Source: Tubulanus polymorphus (Eukaryota > Animalia > Nemertea). Taken from it: a stretch of 64,000 nucleotides of DNA. Made by a program: the position numbers and the translations under genes. The DNA is taken from NCBI RefSeq assembly GCF_964204645.1, contig NC_134036.1, positions 10,581,859 to 10,645,858 on the forward strand, in the 5' to 3' direction. The notes below the pieces were generated by a model that did no database searches, was not told the origin of the DNA, and worked only from the letters and a program-made list of their open reading frames with translations. Shown here one piece after another: positions 13,031-25,120 of the stretch (position 1 is the first letter of the stretch; each line of letters starts with the position of its first letter).

Positions 13031-13684
13031 ATGGAACCAGAACAACCACAAAGTATTAATATTACAAATAACACTGGTGTTATAAACATATACTACAAGA
13101 AGTGTTCTAAGTGTGAATTAGATAAATTAGCTTTAACAGAATTTAGTAAGCGTAAGATTAGCAAAGATGGTTTTCAATATTGCTGTAAAACTTGTACTAA
13201 ACTATATACCAAACAATATCGAGAAGATAATAGAGAAGCTTATAATGATTATATGACAGAATATATGAGAGAAAGATATCAAACAGATCTTAATTTTAGA
13301 TTAAAACAATGTTTAAGATCTAGATTAACACAATTATTCAACAAAGAAACACATTCAGAAACACTATCTAATTTATTGGGTTGTTCAGATGAATTTTTCA
13401 TATCATGGATAATATATCAATTCGATGATAAAATGAATATAGATAATTATGGTGAATACTTTCATATTGATCATGTGTTGCCGATTTCTAAATTTAACAT
13501 GAATGATGAATACAATAAAAAACTTATTTGGAGTTGGAAAAATTTAAGGCCTTTAGAAAAGAAGGAAAACATAATTAAATCTAATAAACTAGATTTACAG
13601 TTATATTTAGATCAACTGGATAGAGCTAAGACATTTGTTGAATTATGGAATTCAACGCATAATGAAAAATACGTTGAATGTTAA
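13031..13684 (+). CDS. HNH/endonuclease VII-like protein with N-terminal CxxC...CxxC zinc ribbon (large DNA virus type)
   Basis: CSKC...CCKTC; FHIDHVLPISKF...WKNLRPLEKKENIIKSNK; intact 217-aa ORF. Confidence 0.75.
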   Translation: MEPEQPQSINITNNTGVINIYYKKCSKCELDKLALTEFSKRKISKDGFQYCCKTCTKLYTKQYREDNREAYNDYMTEYMRERYQTDLNFRLKQCLRSRLTQLFNKETHSETLSNLLGCSDEFFISWIIYQFDDKMNIDNYGEYFHIDHVLPISKFNMNDEYNKKLIWSWKNLRPLEKKENIIKSNKLDLQLYLDQLDRAKTFVELWNSTHNEKYVEC

Positions 13685-14735
13685 ACGCTTAGAAAACCGG
13701 TTACTCTCGATCTATGTCAAACCGCCTATATGTATTTGTATTAGGTTGTTTACAAAAGCATCTGTCGCACGTTATATTCAGTTGAATAGGGTGTACCTCA
13801 TTTGAATATTGATCGAATGTGCTATTTCAGTTGAAAAGGATTAATCAATAACATTACACAGGAACATCTGTTGCACAGACAGTGTTAAGCTAGTGAATAA
13901 CTGGCAGTTATAAACGCACAGCACATAAGCATAGGAACGTATAGGATATTCTCTCTATGAACACAATTTTAGGAGTTTACAGTTATAAATGTAAGTACTG
14001 TTTTTGTTGTTATTAAGGCGTTGGGAAACGTTAAACATGTAAAACTTATCCTGGTAAGATGCGCCACAAATGATCATGTTTAAGTGCTGTAATTAATATT
14101 TCACAACTACAACTTCAAGTTAGTTTTATTCTACGCTAGATATTTATCTTTTAGATAACAAAATGAAGACCACTGAATCAAGAAAGTGAAGATAGATGGA
14201 TGTGGAATCAGAAATAATGGATATTTCAACTCATGAGACTGTAGCCGTTTAGCCATACTGTATAGGCTTCCAATGCATTACGTTTGTCGGAATTTCAATT
14301 GCGTCATTAAGCTGTTGTTAATGATACACAGTGACAGATGTTGTATTATACTTTATTGATTCCTGCATTCCACGCATACCTTACCGCTCGGCTGCCGAGC
14401 GGCTTGGAATGTGGAAATCGATAATGATTATAGAATGAAATATATGTGTTTATGAAATAGTATTTCCACCAGTCGTTTCTTTGAATTTATTTTCAGTTTT
14501 AGGATTTATTATCAAGAATCCGAAATGACTTAAAACAATAACTTCAACTAGCTAGTGAATTCTATTATATTGTTAATATTTTCTTTTCAAAAGAGAATAC
14601 TTTATATTTTGAATAGATTCAAATAGAAATTCTTTAAATTCAAATAGCTAGTATCAGTAGTCAATACTAGAATTCTTTAACTATCTAGTATCAGAATACT
14701 TATAATATTTTTCTTATTAAATTTCTCTAATATAA

Positions 14736-15356
14736 ATGTCAAAGAAATCGAGTAAGAATAGTATTGATATTGAAAAAACATTAAATGATTTGGGTATTAG
14801 TGATAATAAGGATCCAGTTGTTTCTAATTCTATTCAAGTTAATTGTAATATAGATTATGAATACTATTTATATTGTAAACACCATCTTGAACTATTGATT
14901 TTAGATATTGATAGCGGAAAGTGTAGAGAGTTTTTATCTTAGACTATTACTTTTCAAGAATTAGATGCTATCAAACCAGATAAAGTAATGAAATATTTTA
15001 AGATTTATGAAGAAGCTAGATTAGCTAGAATAAATGATTCTATTTCAGATGGTATTGTCAAATATTATTCTAAGTTATGTAACCAGTTAATACCAATTGA
15101 TGATGAAAATAAAAAATATAGTGATTTAAAAAATGATTACTTACTTATGACTGAATTACAAAAATGGGTTGGTTATGCTTCATTTCAATTAGTATCTGTT
15201 ATGACATTAATTTCTACTGGTGTCATAACATTTTCGAACATCAAACCTATGGAATATAAATCAGGTAAGAACGAAACAGATGTACTACAACCAAACGCCG
15301 AAACAGAAAATGAATCAGAACAAAAATTAACTAAAATAAATGAGTGGTGGAGTTAA
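14736..15356 (+). pseudogene. Polinton-like hypothetical gene split by an in-frame TAG
   Basis: ORFs 14736..14942 and 14988..15356 are in one frame, joined by TAG at 14940-14942 followed by TITFQELDAIKPDKV. Confidence 0.6.
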
Positions 15357-15738
15357 GAAAAAGGCTAGATCCGAGAAACAAATTAAATGGGCAAGAGAAT
15401 TAGGTAAACGATCTTCAGAATTAAAAAAAGCTAAGAAAAAGAAATTAACTGATATAAATGAATCACAGACTTTATCTGATATTGATTCAAATAATAATCC
15501 ATCTGATTCTTCTACTGCTGGAAGTAATTATAAATTATATATTACAATTGGATTAGTAACAGTTATTATATTATCTGGTGTAATATATAAATCAAAATTC
15601 AAATCTGATGATAAAGATGATTCCAATGATGATCGGAAACTTAGTTATCCGTGTACAGACAATAAACCTATTATACCAGAAAATAAATCAAATCATAAAG
15701 CTATTGAAACTAAATCTAAATTATTATTAATGGATTAA
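15340..15738 (+). CDS. small viral-type protein with basic N-terminus and a single TM helix
   Basis: KKKARSEKQIKWARELGKRS...; hydrophobic LYITIGLVTVIILSGVIY; overlaps the previous gene by 17 nt. Confidence 0.6.
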   Translation: MSGGVKKKARSEKQIKWARELGKRSSELKKAKKKKLTDINESQTLSDIDSNNNPSDSSTAGSNYKLYITIGLVTVIILSGVIYKSKFKSDDKDDSNDDRKLSYPCTDNKPIIPENKSNHKAIETKSKLLLMD

Positions 15739-15744
15739 AATAAG

Positions 15745-16443
15745 ATGAAAAAAGAACAATATTTAAGAGATTTATATTATAACCGAGAAAGTGAAGTATC
15801 ATATTCTAACGTTTCAGAATTATGGAATAAAATTAAATCTGATAATGAAAATGGTGCCGTATGGCACCCACATGGTGATATAAAATATAGTCAATTGAAA
15901 TCATGGTTACAAAATCAACCAACATATCAAATCCACAAGAAAATGGATGAATCTTATTTAACAAGAAAAGTTATGGTTTCATATATCGATCAACAATGGC
16001 AAGCAGATTTAATTGACATGAAGAACTTAGAAGAACATAATAAAGGATATTTCTGGATACTGAATGTTATAGACATATTCAGTAGATACGCATGGTCAAT
16101 TCCAGTCAAAAATAAAACTGGTATAGAAGCAACAAATGCTTTTAAATGTATATTTAAAGAAGCTATTCCATATAAGATACAATTTGATGAAGGTAAAGAA
16201 TTTTATAACAATCATTTTAAAAAACTATTATCTGATAACGATGTAGATTATTTTTCAACACATTCAGATAATAAAGCATCTATTATAGAAAGATTTAATA
16301 AAACATTGAAAACTAGAATGTGGAAATATTTTACTGCTAATGAAACATATAAATATATCGATGTGTTAGATGATTTGGTGAAAGGTTATAATAATTCTAA
16401 ACATAGTTCTATAAATATGAAACCAGCTCTTTTCGAATCTTAA
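15745..16443 (+). CDS. Polinton/Maverick-type retroviral-like (rve, DDE) integrase, C-terminally truncated
   Basis: WQADLIDM, ILNVIDIFSRYAW, IQFDEGKEF, KASIIERFNKTLK, YNNSKHSSINMKP. Sequence departs from the family right after MKP. Confidence 0.92.
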   Translation: MKKEQYLRDLYYNRESEVSYSNVSELWNKIKSDNENGAVWHPHGDIKYSQLKSWLQNQPTYQIHKKMDESYLTRKVMVSYIDQQWQADLIDMKNLEEHNKGYFWILNVIDIFSRYAWSIPVKNKTGIEATNAFKCIFKEAIPYKIQFDEGKEFYNNHFKKLLSDNDVDYFSTHSDNKASIIERFNKTLKTRMWKYFTANETYKYIDVLDDLVKGYNNSKHSSINMKPALFES

Positions 16444-16530
16444 TTCATATGATTTACTCTGTTACACATTTAAAACCATAGTCTCGAAATTTAAAATAGG
16501 TTAGGTACTTAATTTTATTGTAAATTGCAG

Positions 16531-17763
16531 GAGTTTTCAAAAAGATAGAGAAGGCAGCAAAAACTAAGAAGTACAGTGTGCTTGGAGATTGGTCTCGATC
16601 AATTATGTGCAAGTAGCAATGGAATGGCAGGTGTTGTGGAGAAATGGAAGTCCATTTTATATCACGCAGCTAATGTACACGAAGGTCACGGTGGAGGCCT
16701 TTTCCAGGAATGTGCCCATGGTCCTCTTGAACCACGGAACTGGATAAAAAAAGGTCAGTGCTATAGTGCAGTTTTATGTATCCTTGTTGGTTACATGTAT
16801 GTACATGTATGTGTGATTTCACTTAAAAAAAAAAACATTGTAACATTGATCACAAAAAGTAACATTGATCTTAATCAAACTATCTCTAGGATCTGCTCCA
16901 CACAAAGTATTGAATGGTATCGTGATGAACAAAAGCTTACTCGCTGACATAGGGAGTATTTCACCGCGAGCCCAGAAATCTTCACTCGAGTCTTATCATA
17001 GGGTTGTGATATACTTTGCGCATAAGTCACTGCATTACTTTTATAACTCGATGAATGCTAGGTAATTTGAAAATCCTTTGATGATAAAATGAAAAGTTAT
17101 GTTTAAATGTATGATGTTTATCTTCACTACCATGATCTAGAAACAAATCTTATTTTCTATTTAAAGACTACAACTTTCAGCTCTTCATTATAATGAGAAC
17201 CGTAACAGAATGCAAGCTCATACAAAGGTATTCCGCAGTATCAGCTGTAGTATGCTAAGTGGAAGAAAGGTATGGCCGCTGCCAAAGAAGTTAAAGTGCC
17301 AGCTACATATAGTGAGTAAATTATAGCGATTAATCTGATCATTGATTATTTCGCCTTATTATTTTAACAAAATGATATTGTGACTGAATTGTGTTGTATT
17401 GGATAGAATATTAAGGAATTTGAGTATTTATAAGATTTATGATTATAAATTCGCTTTATCTAATGAATATAATGCATTACTCTAGGATACCTATCGGAAT
17501 GTCTTCAAGAGGTGTGGAATGTGCGACAAGAAATACCAAATGTGGCTACTGCTATGGATATGTGGTTGGAGACAAGTAAAACAAAGGAGAAGGGTTTCAT
17601 TGCTGATGTTTATGATCGATCTCAAATCAACAAGGAAGATGTGATATTAACACATACCAGTAGGTTCCATCTACCGGTAAAAAGGCCTGCAGAAACTCAG
17701 CTGGAAGAAAAGAAAAAAGGTAAAAAAAAAGTTAAAAACAATGTCACCCCATGTTTAGACTGA
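16531..17763 (+). pseudogene. spliced C-terminal part of a Kolobok-type transposase, decayed
   Basis: WKSILYHAANVH...FQECAHGPL...WIKK / GS.PHKVL...LLADIGSISP...SSLESYHRVVIYFAHK...MNAR / LSALHYNENRNR / K.KKG...KVPATY across GT-AG introns. Confidence 0.65.
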
Positions 17764-17800
17764 CCGGTGTCAGTTTTTAATGACTTTTATCTCATAAAAA

Positions 17801-17902
17801 ACCCCTGGGAAGCTGGCTCCCGGTTCCCGATTCGGTTCCCGATTCAAAACCATTTTGAATCGGGAGCCGAATCGGTAGCCGAACCAGCAGCTTCACAGGG
17901 GT
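17801..17902. mobile_element. ~100-bp palindromic MITE (same family as 29418-29625)
   Basis: TIR ACCCCTG.GAAGCTG / CAGCTTCACAGGGGT; internal CCCGATTC/GAATCGGG repeats. Confidence 0.7.
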
Positions 17903-18846
17903 ATATTATTCTTGCGATACACTTTCCACGGGTGCGAGTGCACGTTTTGAAAAGTGGATGTTCCCCTTTAAGTTTAGAAATTGGTCTCATTTCCTGAGGC
18001 CTTTTCGCTTTTTGGTACCAATTGTTTTGGCTGGTGGAGATTCATTGTTGGGTTCATTAGTAGCAGCTGCTGGGGGTTGAACTTCATTAGACTCACAGGT
18101 ATCAGCTACACGTAGCACTTACAAATCGCCAGCAGGATCATTAGTATCAACATGTGGCTCGTAAATAGAAACTTGGATTCCAGGCTCACCAGCTTGGTTA
18201 GAATTGTCTATTCGTTCAATATGCCCTTTGGTATTTTCTGTCCACGTTTTTATCCCAGTAACTCCACGTACGTTTTTTTTTCTTGTGGCGAATAACTGAC
18301 AATTGTTGTTGGTTCTAAAGGCACAGGTTTTTGAGCATCTATCACGCCTTCCTCTCGTAAAACACTGAAAATCATTGAGAATGACAGCTGAGCCATCTTC
18401 CAAGTCTTCTAATACAAAAGTGTAACCTATATAAAAAGCCTTCTTTCTTAACACCCGCCCTTTTCATTAGACCGTGCCAAAGTTGGAACTACTGATTTTC
18501 TAATGAGAGCGCACAGACAAAGATAAGACATTCTCACGAGTTTTTCAATCATAACTTTTAATTGAGAAATAAATAGCCAAATTACAAGTGAAACCTCCTA
18601 AAATGTAATAGACTATGCAAAATAAAATCAATCTTAAATACCAACAGTATGTAAAAGAGAGACGGATTAATTTACTGTTTGTAACATATGTACATTTAAA
18701 ACTGCAATAAAATTCAATTCAATTTTATCTTCAATGCACTGCAATGAATCGATAGTGCGGCTGTCTTGATGAATCCGTGGGAGGCCTTCACTCCCATCCC
18801 CTTCCGCGAGTTATTCTAATTGAAGTGACTATCGAAATTTTGAGAT

Positions 18847-19068
18847 GTCTTCGAACCTCCGACTTTCGTTCTTGATTAATGAAAGCAAATGCTTTCTTGG
18901 CAAATGCTTTCGCAGTAGTTCGTCTCACGGCGATCCAAGAATTTCACCTCTAACGCCCGATACGAATGCCCTCGTCGGCCTCTCTAAATTTACCTCGGGA
19001 GTTCCGGAGACCAACGAAAACAGAAACCGAGGTCCTATTCCATTATTCCATGTACCGTTATTCAGGCG
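18847..19068 (-). pseudogene. 18S rRNA gene fragment (V4-V5 region), diverged
   Basis: Minus strand reads CATGGAATAATGGAATAGGACCTCGG...GTTAGAGGTGAAATTCTTGGATCGCCG...GCGAAAGCATTTGCCAAG...CATTAATCAAGAACGAAAGTCGGAGGTTCGAAGAC, which are conserved eukaryotic SSU motifs. Confidence 0.9.
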
Positions 19069-21691
19069 TGAATAAACATCGGTTTTGTGGGATGAGAGAC
19101 GTTAAAGGTCGCTGCTGCTGCTGCTGTTGCTGTTGCTAGTAGTGTGATTATTTCTATATATAGTTTTTCTTGCTGTTCCTGTGCATATCATGAAGGTAAT
19201 TAATCCGGTTGGTCCGTGTGTTTGACGTCATCCAATATGCTGAAAGCTTATTATTGCCACTACATATCCACTAATTACTAAGTGCAAAATTTATATTTTG
19301 TTGTTTTCGTTGTCTTTGAAAAGCCAATCAATCCCCATTCCCGGCCATGGTGCGATTTCATATGCGTAGTTTATTGAGTGTTTTCTAGGTTTGTTAAATG
19401 TTTTGCCAACCGGTATGTTTGCGCATCAATTCACGATGATCGTTCATCGGAAAAAGTTCGGTAAACGGAATCTAAAAACAAACAGGTGAGTAAATATTCC
19501 TGCTTTTAACTTCAGTTCGGTTCGTTTAATGAGGCGTCATTGATCATGCCATCTGGCGTACCAAAATGAATATTTTAGGTTCTAAGTTGCCATACTATGC
19601 ATTCGAAAAATGTGCTTATTTTCCAAACGAGAAGTTATGGGTACGGTATGTAAAGGGATGTGATTTTCATTTATAGGAATAGATAGAACATTTTCTCTTA
19701 GAATTGGAAATTAAAAATTAAAAAATATTCATTCAAACAATAGTGTCACTACGTGGGTTCTTCGGGGGTTCTTGCCCAGGTGTTTCTTGCTGAGGGTTAA
19801 AACTCTTTCTATGGCTTGGATGTTGTTTCGGCAAATTTCCACGTTTAGAAAATTTTCGAAAAATCCTCGAGAGAATGGTTTAATTTGATTATAGTCATAG
19901 AGTCATAGAGCTGCTTGTAATGTTTAGTGTTAATAATGTTAATGAGATACCCACACGATTGACTCCGGGAAACTAAGCAGGCCATTCGTAAAACGTTTGT
20001 CATTATAATTTTCAGTTTTCATTCTACCGATTTTGGATTTTTTTCACAAAAAAATGGGAAAAGTGCAGATACTTTTGTACGTTTTAGCGGAATGCCTATA
20101 AGCAGACGAAAACATGGCCTTATAACGAATATCGGATGCACCAAGGCGTCATAAGTATAAACAAAGTGGCTGCTCTACTGTTAGTTCTGATACCTAGGCA
20201 GCGTCAGAAGTCCTCTAAACTCGATGCGTTTCTGGATAGATTGCTAGAGCGCAATTTAAAAAGAACCCTGCCGGTGCTATCAAATTCACGATTCTAAAGC
20301 AACTCAAAAATGGATATGAATGAAGAATTGCGTTTATAGAATAGTTTATATTGCAGCATGTATTGACGATTTGAATTCATCGGTGAAACAAATGAATCAT
20401 ATTCGTCGATACGCGATTTCATAATCTTTCTCTTTACCTACGACTATATGAATCAGTTTACGGATTATCCTTCATAGAAGTAAAACACATATTCGTGAAT
20501 AGTGCTAAAAATTTAAAATCTTCTTCAAATTCGAAAAGAAATTATGATTTATGTTATGGACGCCCGGTAAAGGACATACGGTTCATGGCAATTCAGTCCT
20601 GCTTTCTACTTAATGCTGACAAAAATTAAAAAGAAACAAATGAGTTAGTTTCGTACGCCCTTCGATCAATAGTTCGAAGATGTTTATTATATCATCATAC
20701 TGACAGAATCATTCCTCCAAGATTCTTTTCTCTACCATTTTTGTTCAGGGCCAAATTCAATGTCAGTGATGACCAGATGACGATCAATATGACGCGATAC
20801 GAGTAAAGAAAGTGTGCGGTATTTGACAGTTTGGACAAAACCTAGTGGTCTACAAAAAACGAGCAGGAAATTCGAATAAATTACCACATTTCGTGGTCAA
20901 TAATGAACTCAGGTGTAAGACCGGTGCGTTACTAGTTAAATGATGATATATACACGCACCGTGCATCAGCGAAGTATTAGGACAGCATATGAAAAATTAA
21001 TATTCAGAAACGCGAAAAGTGAATATCATTAAATATACTGGTTTTCGGAGGACCGATTGGAAAAACAATTCATTTACGGCTCTGCGAGAGTACATAGTGA
21101 TGCAGGTGGAACGATTTTGAAGTGCCAGACGCGAATCGATTTACCATGACAAAACATCAGTAGAATTTTCGATCTATATCAAGCTGTGCAATCATAATTT
21201 TATTTTCAATAAGTCTAAATGTATAAAACAAGGCATCAAATGTGTTATTCGTCGACCGTACTGGCTGAAGAAAACGAGAGTTGAATACGTTGGAAGAAGC
21301 GACTAAGGTGAGCGCAGTCATGAAATATTCATATCTTTATTATTCATACTCAAACGTTGATTTTCAGTGAAACAAAATACAATTTCATATGTTGTATACC
21401 TATCGCATAGACCAACGATTCATTTTGATTACCAATATAATCTATCGATTCCACAATATTAAGTGGGGTTCCATCCAGCAAACGTTTGTCTAAAGTATCC
21501 AATATCATAGTTTTGTCTTCGTTAACCTTTTGGATCGTCTTGAGGGTTAGGGTCTAAATGAGGATCAAGCAAACTGAATACCATATACTTTATTCTTTAA
21601 GCTCTTTGCATCAATATATCTACTTTCACTTAATTTATTTTGTTTCTAAATTTGATGCGGATAGTTGTATTAGAAAAACAAGAACAAACGT

Positions 21692-22247
21692 AGTTCTTCC
21701 TAAGTACGGAACAACGAAATCATGAAATATGAAACGAAATTACGTAATGCTAAAGTACGAAAAGAAATACGCAACGAAATGCTTAACTACGAAAGGAAAT
21801 GGCCATTCTTTCACGGGTCCTGCTAAAGTATGAAATGAAATACGAAACTAAATTGTATTTTTCTTGCTACAGCAGCGCGTAGAGCTGGTTCGTGGAGCTG
21901 GCTTAAACATTCGCACCCGATGTAGTGTGACAGGGTTCCGCATCGTGGACCGTTTCAAAAGGCCAATACCCTAAAAACCATCCAGTTGAAGAATGTAAAT
22001 TCTTGAATAATTTCAAAAGATCATTTACATGTACTGCAAAACTTTGACATCCCGTGGCGTTATGAGCATTTGTCTATAGTATAGTCGTATTTGATGACCA
22101 TTTCTTCGTATTTCATTTCATAATTAAGCACTTCTCGCAAAATTTCGTTATTTCGTTATTTCGTAGTTTCGTTTTCATTTCGCTTCATATTTCGATTTTT
22201 GGTTCATATTTCGTAACTCCGTCGTTTCGTACTTTTAGCTGGAACCG
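21692..22247. mobile_element. MITE with CGAAA-rich inverted arms
   Basis: The left arm is rich in ACGAAA and the right arm in TTTCGT; imperfect terminal inversion. Confidence 0.55.
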
Positions 22248-22335
22248 AACAAACACGGAATTTAACCTGTCTAATCCCTACATTTACAGATGCAACCTAG
22301 TTTGGGCAAAAACGGTCCAATACAATAGAAGTTAA

Positions 22336-22829
22336 CCCTGGGAAGCCAAAACATACTTTTGGTAGTAGGGCATACCCCATATTTATTTTCAATCAATATC
22401 TGTTTTAAATATATTTTCACATTAACATGTTTTTTGGAAGGGGTCACATGTGACCCCCAAGCTGCTTCATTATTAGTTTAGAGTACCTAAATATTTTTAG
22501 AGAAACTTCATAATATGAAAAAGTGCATCCTTTAATGCCCAGTGTTCCATATATGACCCCAATTTGTTGATTGAAAATGTACAAGCTACGTTCTGGCTAT
22601 GGGTCATATATGACCCCTTGGGTTAAAGTGGTAAATTTGATTTTATGGAGCGCCACCTGGTGAGTTTACTACTAACTGACAAGGCGCATATATGTAAAAT
22701 TGGGCTTTTTAGGTAGCACGGGTGCTCTTAAACACATCTAAGAACTCTGGAACCCAACCATCAGCAGTTCTTAAATTTATGACCGGCTAAAAAGGTGGGG
22801 TCATATATGACCCGCAGGGCTACCCAGGG
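22336..22829. mobile_element. piggyBac-type MITE
   Basis: TTAA|CCCTGGG.AGCC...GGCTACCCAGGG|TTAA; internal GGGTCATATATGACCC palindromes. Confidence 0.85.
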
Positions 22830-23284
22830 TTAAAATACCGTTAAACCGACAGTTTCCAGTCATTTCACTAGACCTTTCATGCGATATTTTATCGTTTTGG
22901 GAGTGATTTGAATTAATAAACTCTTACCATTGTATAGTGTTGCTACCGTTGTATATGACATACAAAACGAATATAAGTGAGTAACCCTGTAGGTCTGTGA
23001 ATACGGTGAACAAATGGTGTTTATTTTATCGATTTTTCATAGGTTGCGCTACTAGCGCACACGTTCTTGTGTTGATTGTCATAGTAAACATCATAAATAG
23101 CACCAACTGCGGGTTAAATATGAACTATACGCACGGAGTGGAGGATAAATAGATGAATATTTCGCTAACTATTACCGCTAATTCGTGCTCCATTTTTCAA
23201 TAAGTCAAATCTCAGGTCGTTTTATGTATACTTAAGTTTCTTCTGGTTAAGAAATCGTGGAAAGTACAATTTTGATGGCATTTG

Positions 23285-23560
23285 CCCTTTAACAGTTCAA
23301 CGATTTGTTTAGGTATAGATTGTATAAACATATTATTGACATCATCATATCCAGAACTTGTTTTACTGGGCAAATTACTCAATTTAAATATTTCACCTAG
23401 ATCAGTTGGAAAAATGAATAGAGAATTAGGGTTAAGGTTATATAGAGTAAAAAATGATAGTGATTACAGATGGTGTTAATAGATCTTCTCATTTCGGAAT
23501 GTTTTCTGCAAAATTAATGAGTTGGCTATTACTATATATGTAACCAGAGTATAGGATTTC
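23285..23560 (-). mobile_element. CR1-clade LINE ORF2 fragment
   Basis: Minus strand: PNSLFIFPTDLGEIFKLSNLPSKTSSGYDDVNNMFIQSIPKQIVELL, the pre-RT linker typical of CR1-type LINEs. Confidence 0.6.
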
Positions 23561-24891
23561 AAAAAATGTCAAAATGCTTAAATATTTATGTCAATTTCTA
23601 GGTCAGGATCATGCTTACTTATCTATTGACTCGAATATGTGTTATTGTTATGCTTGTGGGCAGTGGCGCGTCGTGGCCCTCAGGTGAGTAACGACTGGCG
23701 AAATGATTTACAATTTACAATTTCTTAGAATTATATGAATAATATAAAAATGAAAGTCGCCTCCATCAGTAATATGTGATTAATAGCATATATTTGATAA
23801 ATAGCATTTTCAGTGATTTTACTTAAATTCTTACATTCGACGAAAATCAATTAATTGACGTTTAATATTGTACATATTCGTACATGTATTTCCTTTTCTT
23901 CAGCATTAATGTGTTGTTAACGAGGGATATCTATTATCCCAACCAATTATTTCTTTTAATTCAAGTAAAACAGTGTGTCACTTAAAAATCCCAATGCCAA
24001 TTTCATGCTTTTTGGATATACAGGTTGCACAATAAAATCCGGGATATGCCTCTGGAGTGCCGAGTGTTGCAGTAACAAATGTAGAAACGGATCTTGTTAT
24101 TAATCGGCAAAGATACGGGTTTTATTCGGATTAACTTGTGGTGGTATGGAAACTATCCGATAATGAACCCGAAACACTGTCAGATTATCGACTGAAAAAG
24201 TTGAAAAAGCCGGAATTTATTTTCTCATATTTGTAACTCAATCGTCAAATGTTTTTCTGAAGTGATTCAATAAAACTGCGGGTAAATGAAATAGGTAAAT
24301 GATTGGATTTAATATGTTTGTACCCCACTGTTATGGGTTTGAGTTGGCTGTTATGGTTGTTGAATTAGCCACCGTGTCGTTACCGTGTTGAACCGTCGTA
24401 ATATGAACTTTTCTATAAGTTTACAGTTTCCTATTTATCACAATCAAATGACGTGATTGTCAATGAATAAAGAATCAGCAGAGAAACAGTTATATTCATA
24501 TATAGAGTAACAAAAATTTGTATTTTATTCACAGAAAAAATTGTAGGAAGAAGATACCGTACAATGCATATATATTTTTAAAAATCAAATCAAATACAAC
24601 ATTCAAAACTTGATTTAACAAACTTCCCCAAATTTATCACGTGAGATCCACTACTTACATAATTGAAAATTCTACTTATATTACATGCATCAATATTTAC
24701 CAATTTTATTTTCGTCCTGAGATCGTTGAATTTACTGCACGTTAGGATTAAAATGCTTAAAATCTTCCACACGTATTACAAATCCTGTCATCTCTACTCA
24801 ATACCGGAGGTTCGTGTTTTTGGTATCATCAATCTGTGTCATTCTGATAGGATAATTATTCATTCTAAACGGGCATCGATATGGTGAAATA

Positions 24892-25120
24892 CACTCTTAG
24901 AACAAAGGGTTCTACTTGGACTTGCCTCAAAGGGAGAGCACATAAAGGTTCGTCAAAGAAGGTTTTTTGTAGGGGTCTCTAAAAACCCCAGGTAAAGGTT
25001 CTTTGAAGAACCATTTCGTATGAAGGGTTATTGGAAGAACCCCTTTCATAATTATTAAATGGTTCTTGACAGGGTTCTTTCGGGAACCATTACAGGTATT
25101 AATTTTTAGGGTTCCTCATT
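24892..25120. mobile_element. left end of a non-autonomous CACTA-like element
   Basis: Starts CACTCTTAGAA followed by GGTTC/GAACC-rich subterminal repeats; right end not found. Confidence 0.45.

Larger units (their letters stand above)
12721..16430 (+). mobile_element. AT-rich Polinton/Maverick-like virus segment, right part (nuclease, two small ORFs, integrase); ~13690-14520 looks like a foreign insert
   Basis: Compact, co-oriented intronless ORFs with extreme AT codon usage, ending in a Polinton-type rve integrase. Confidence 0.75.
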
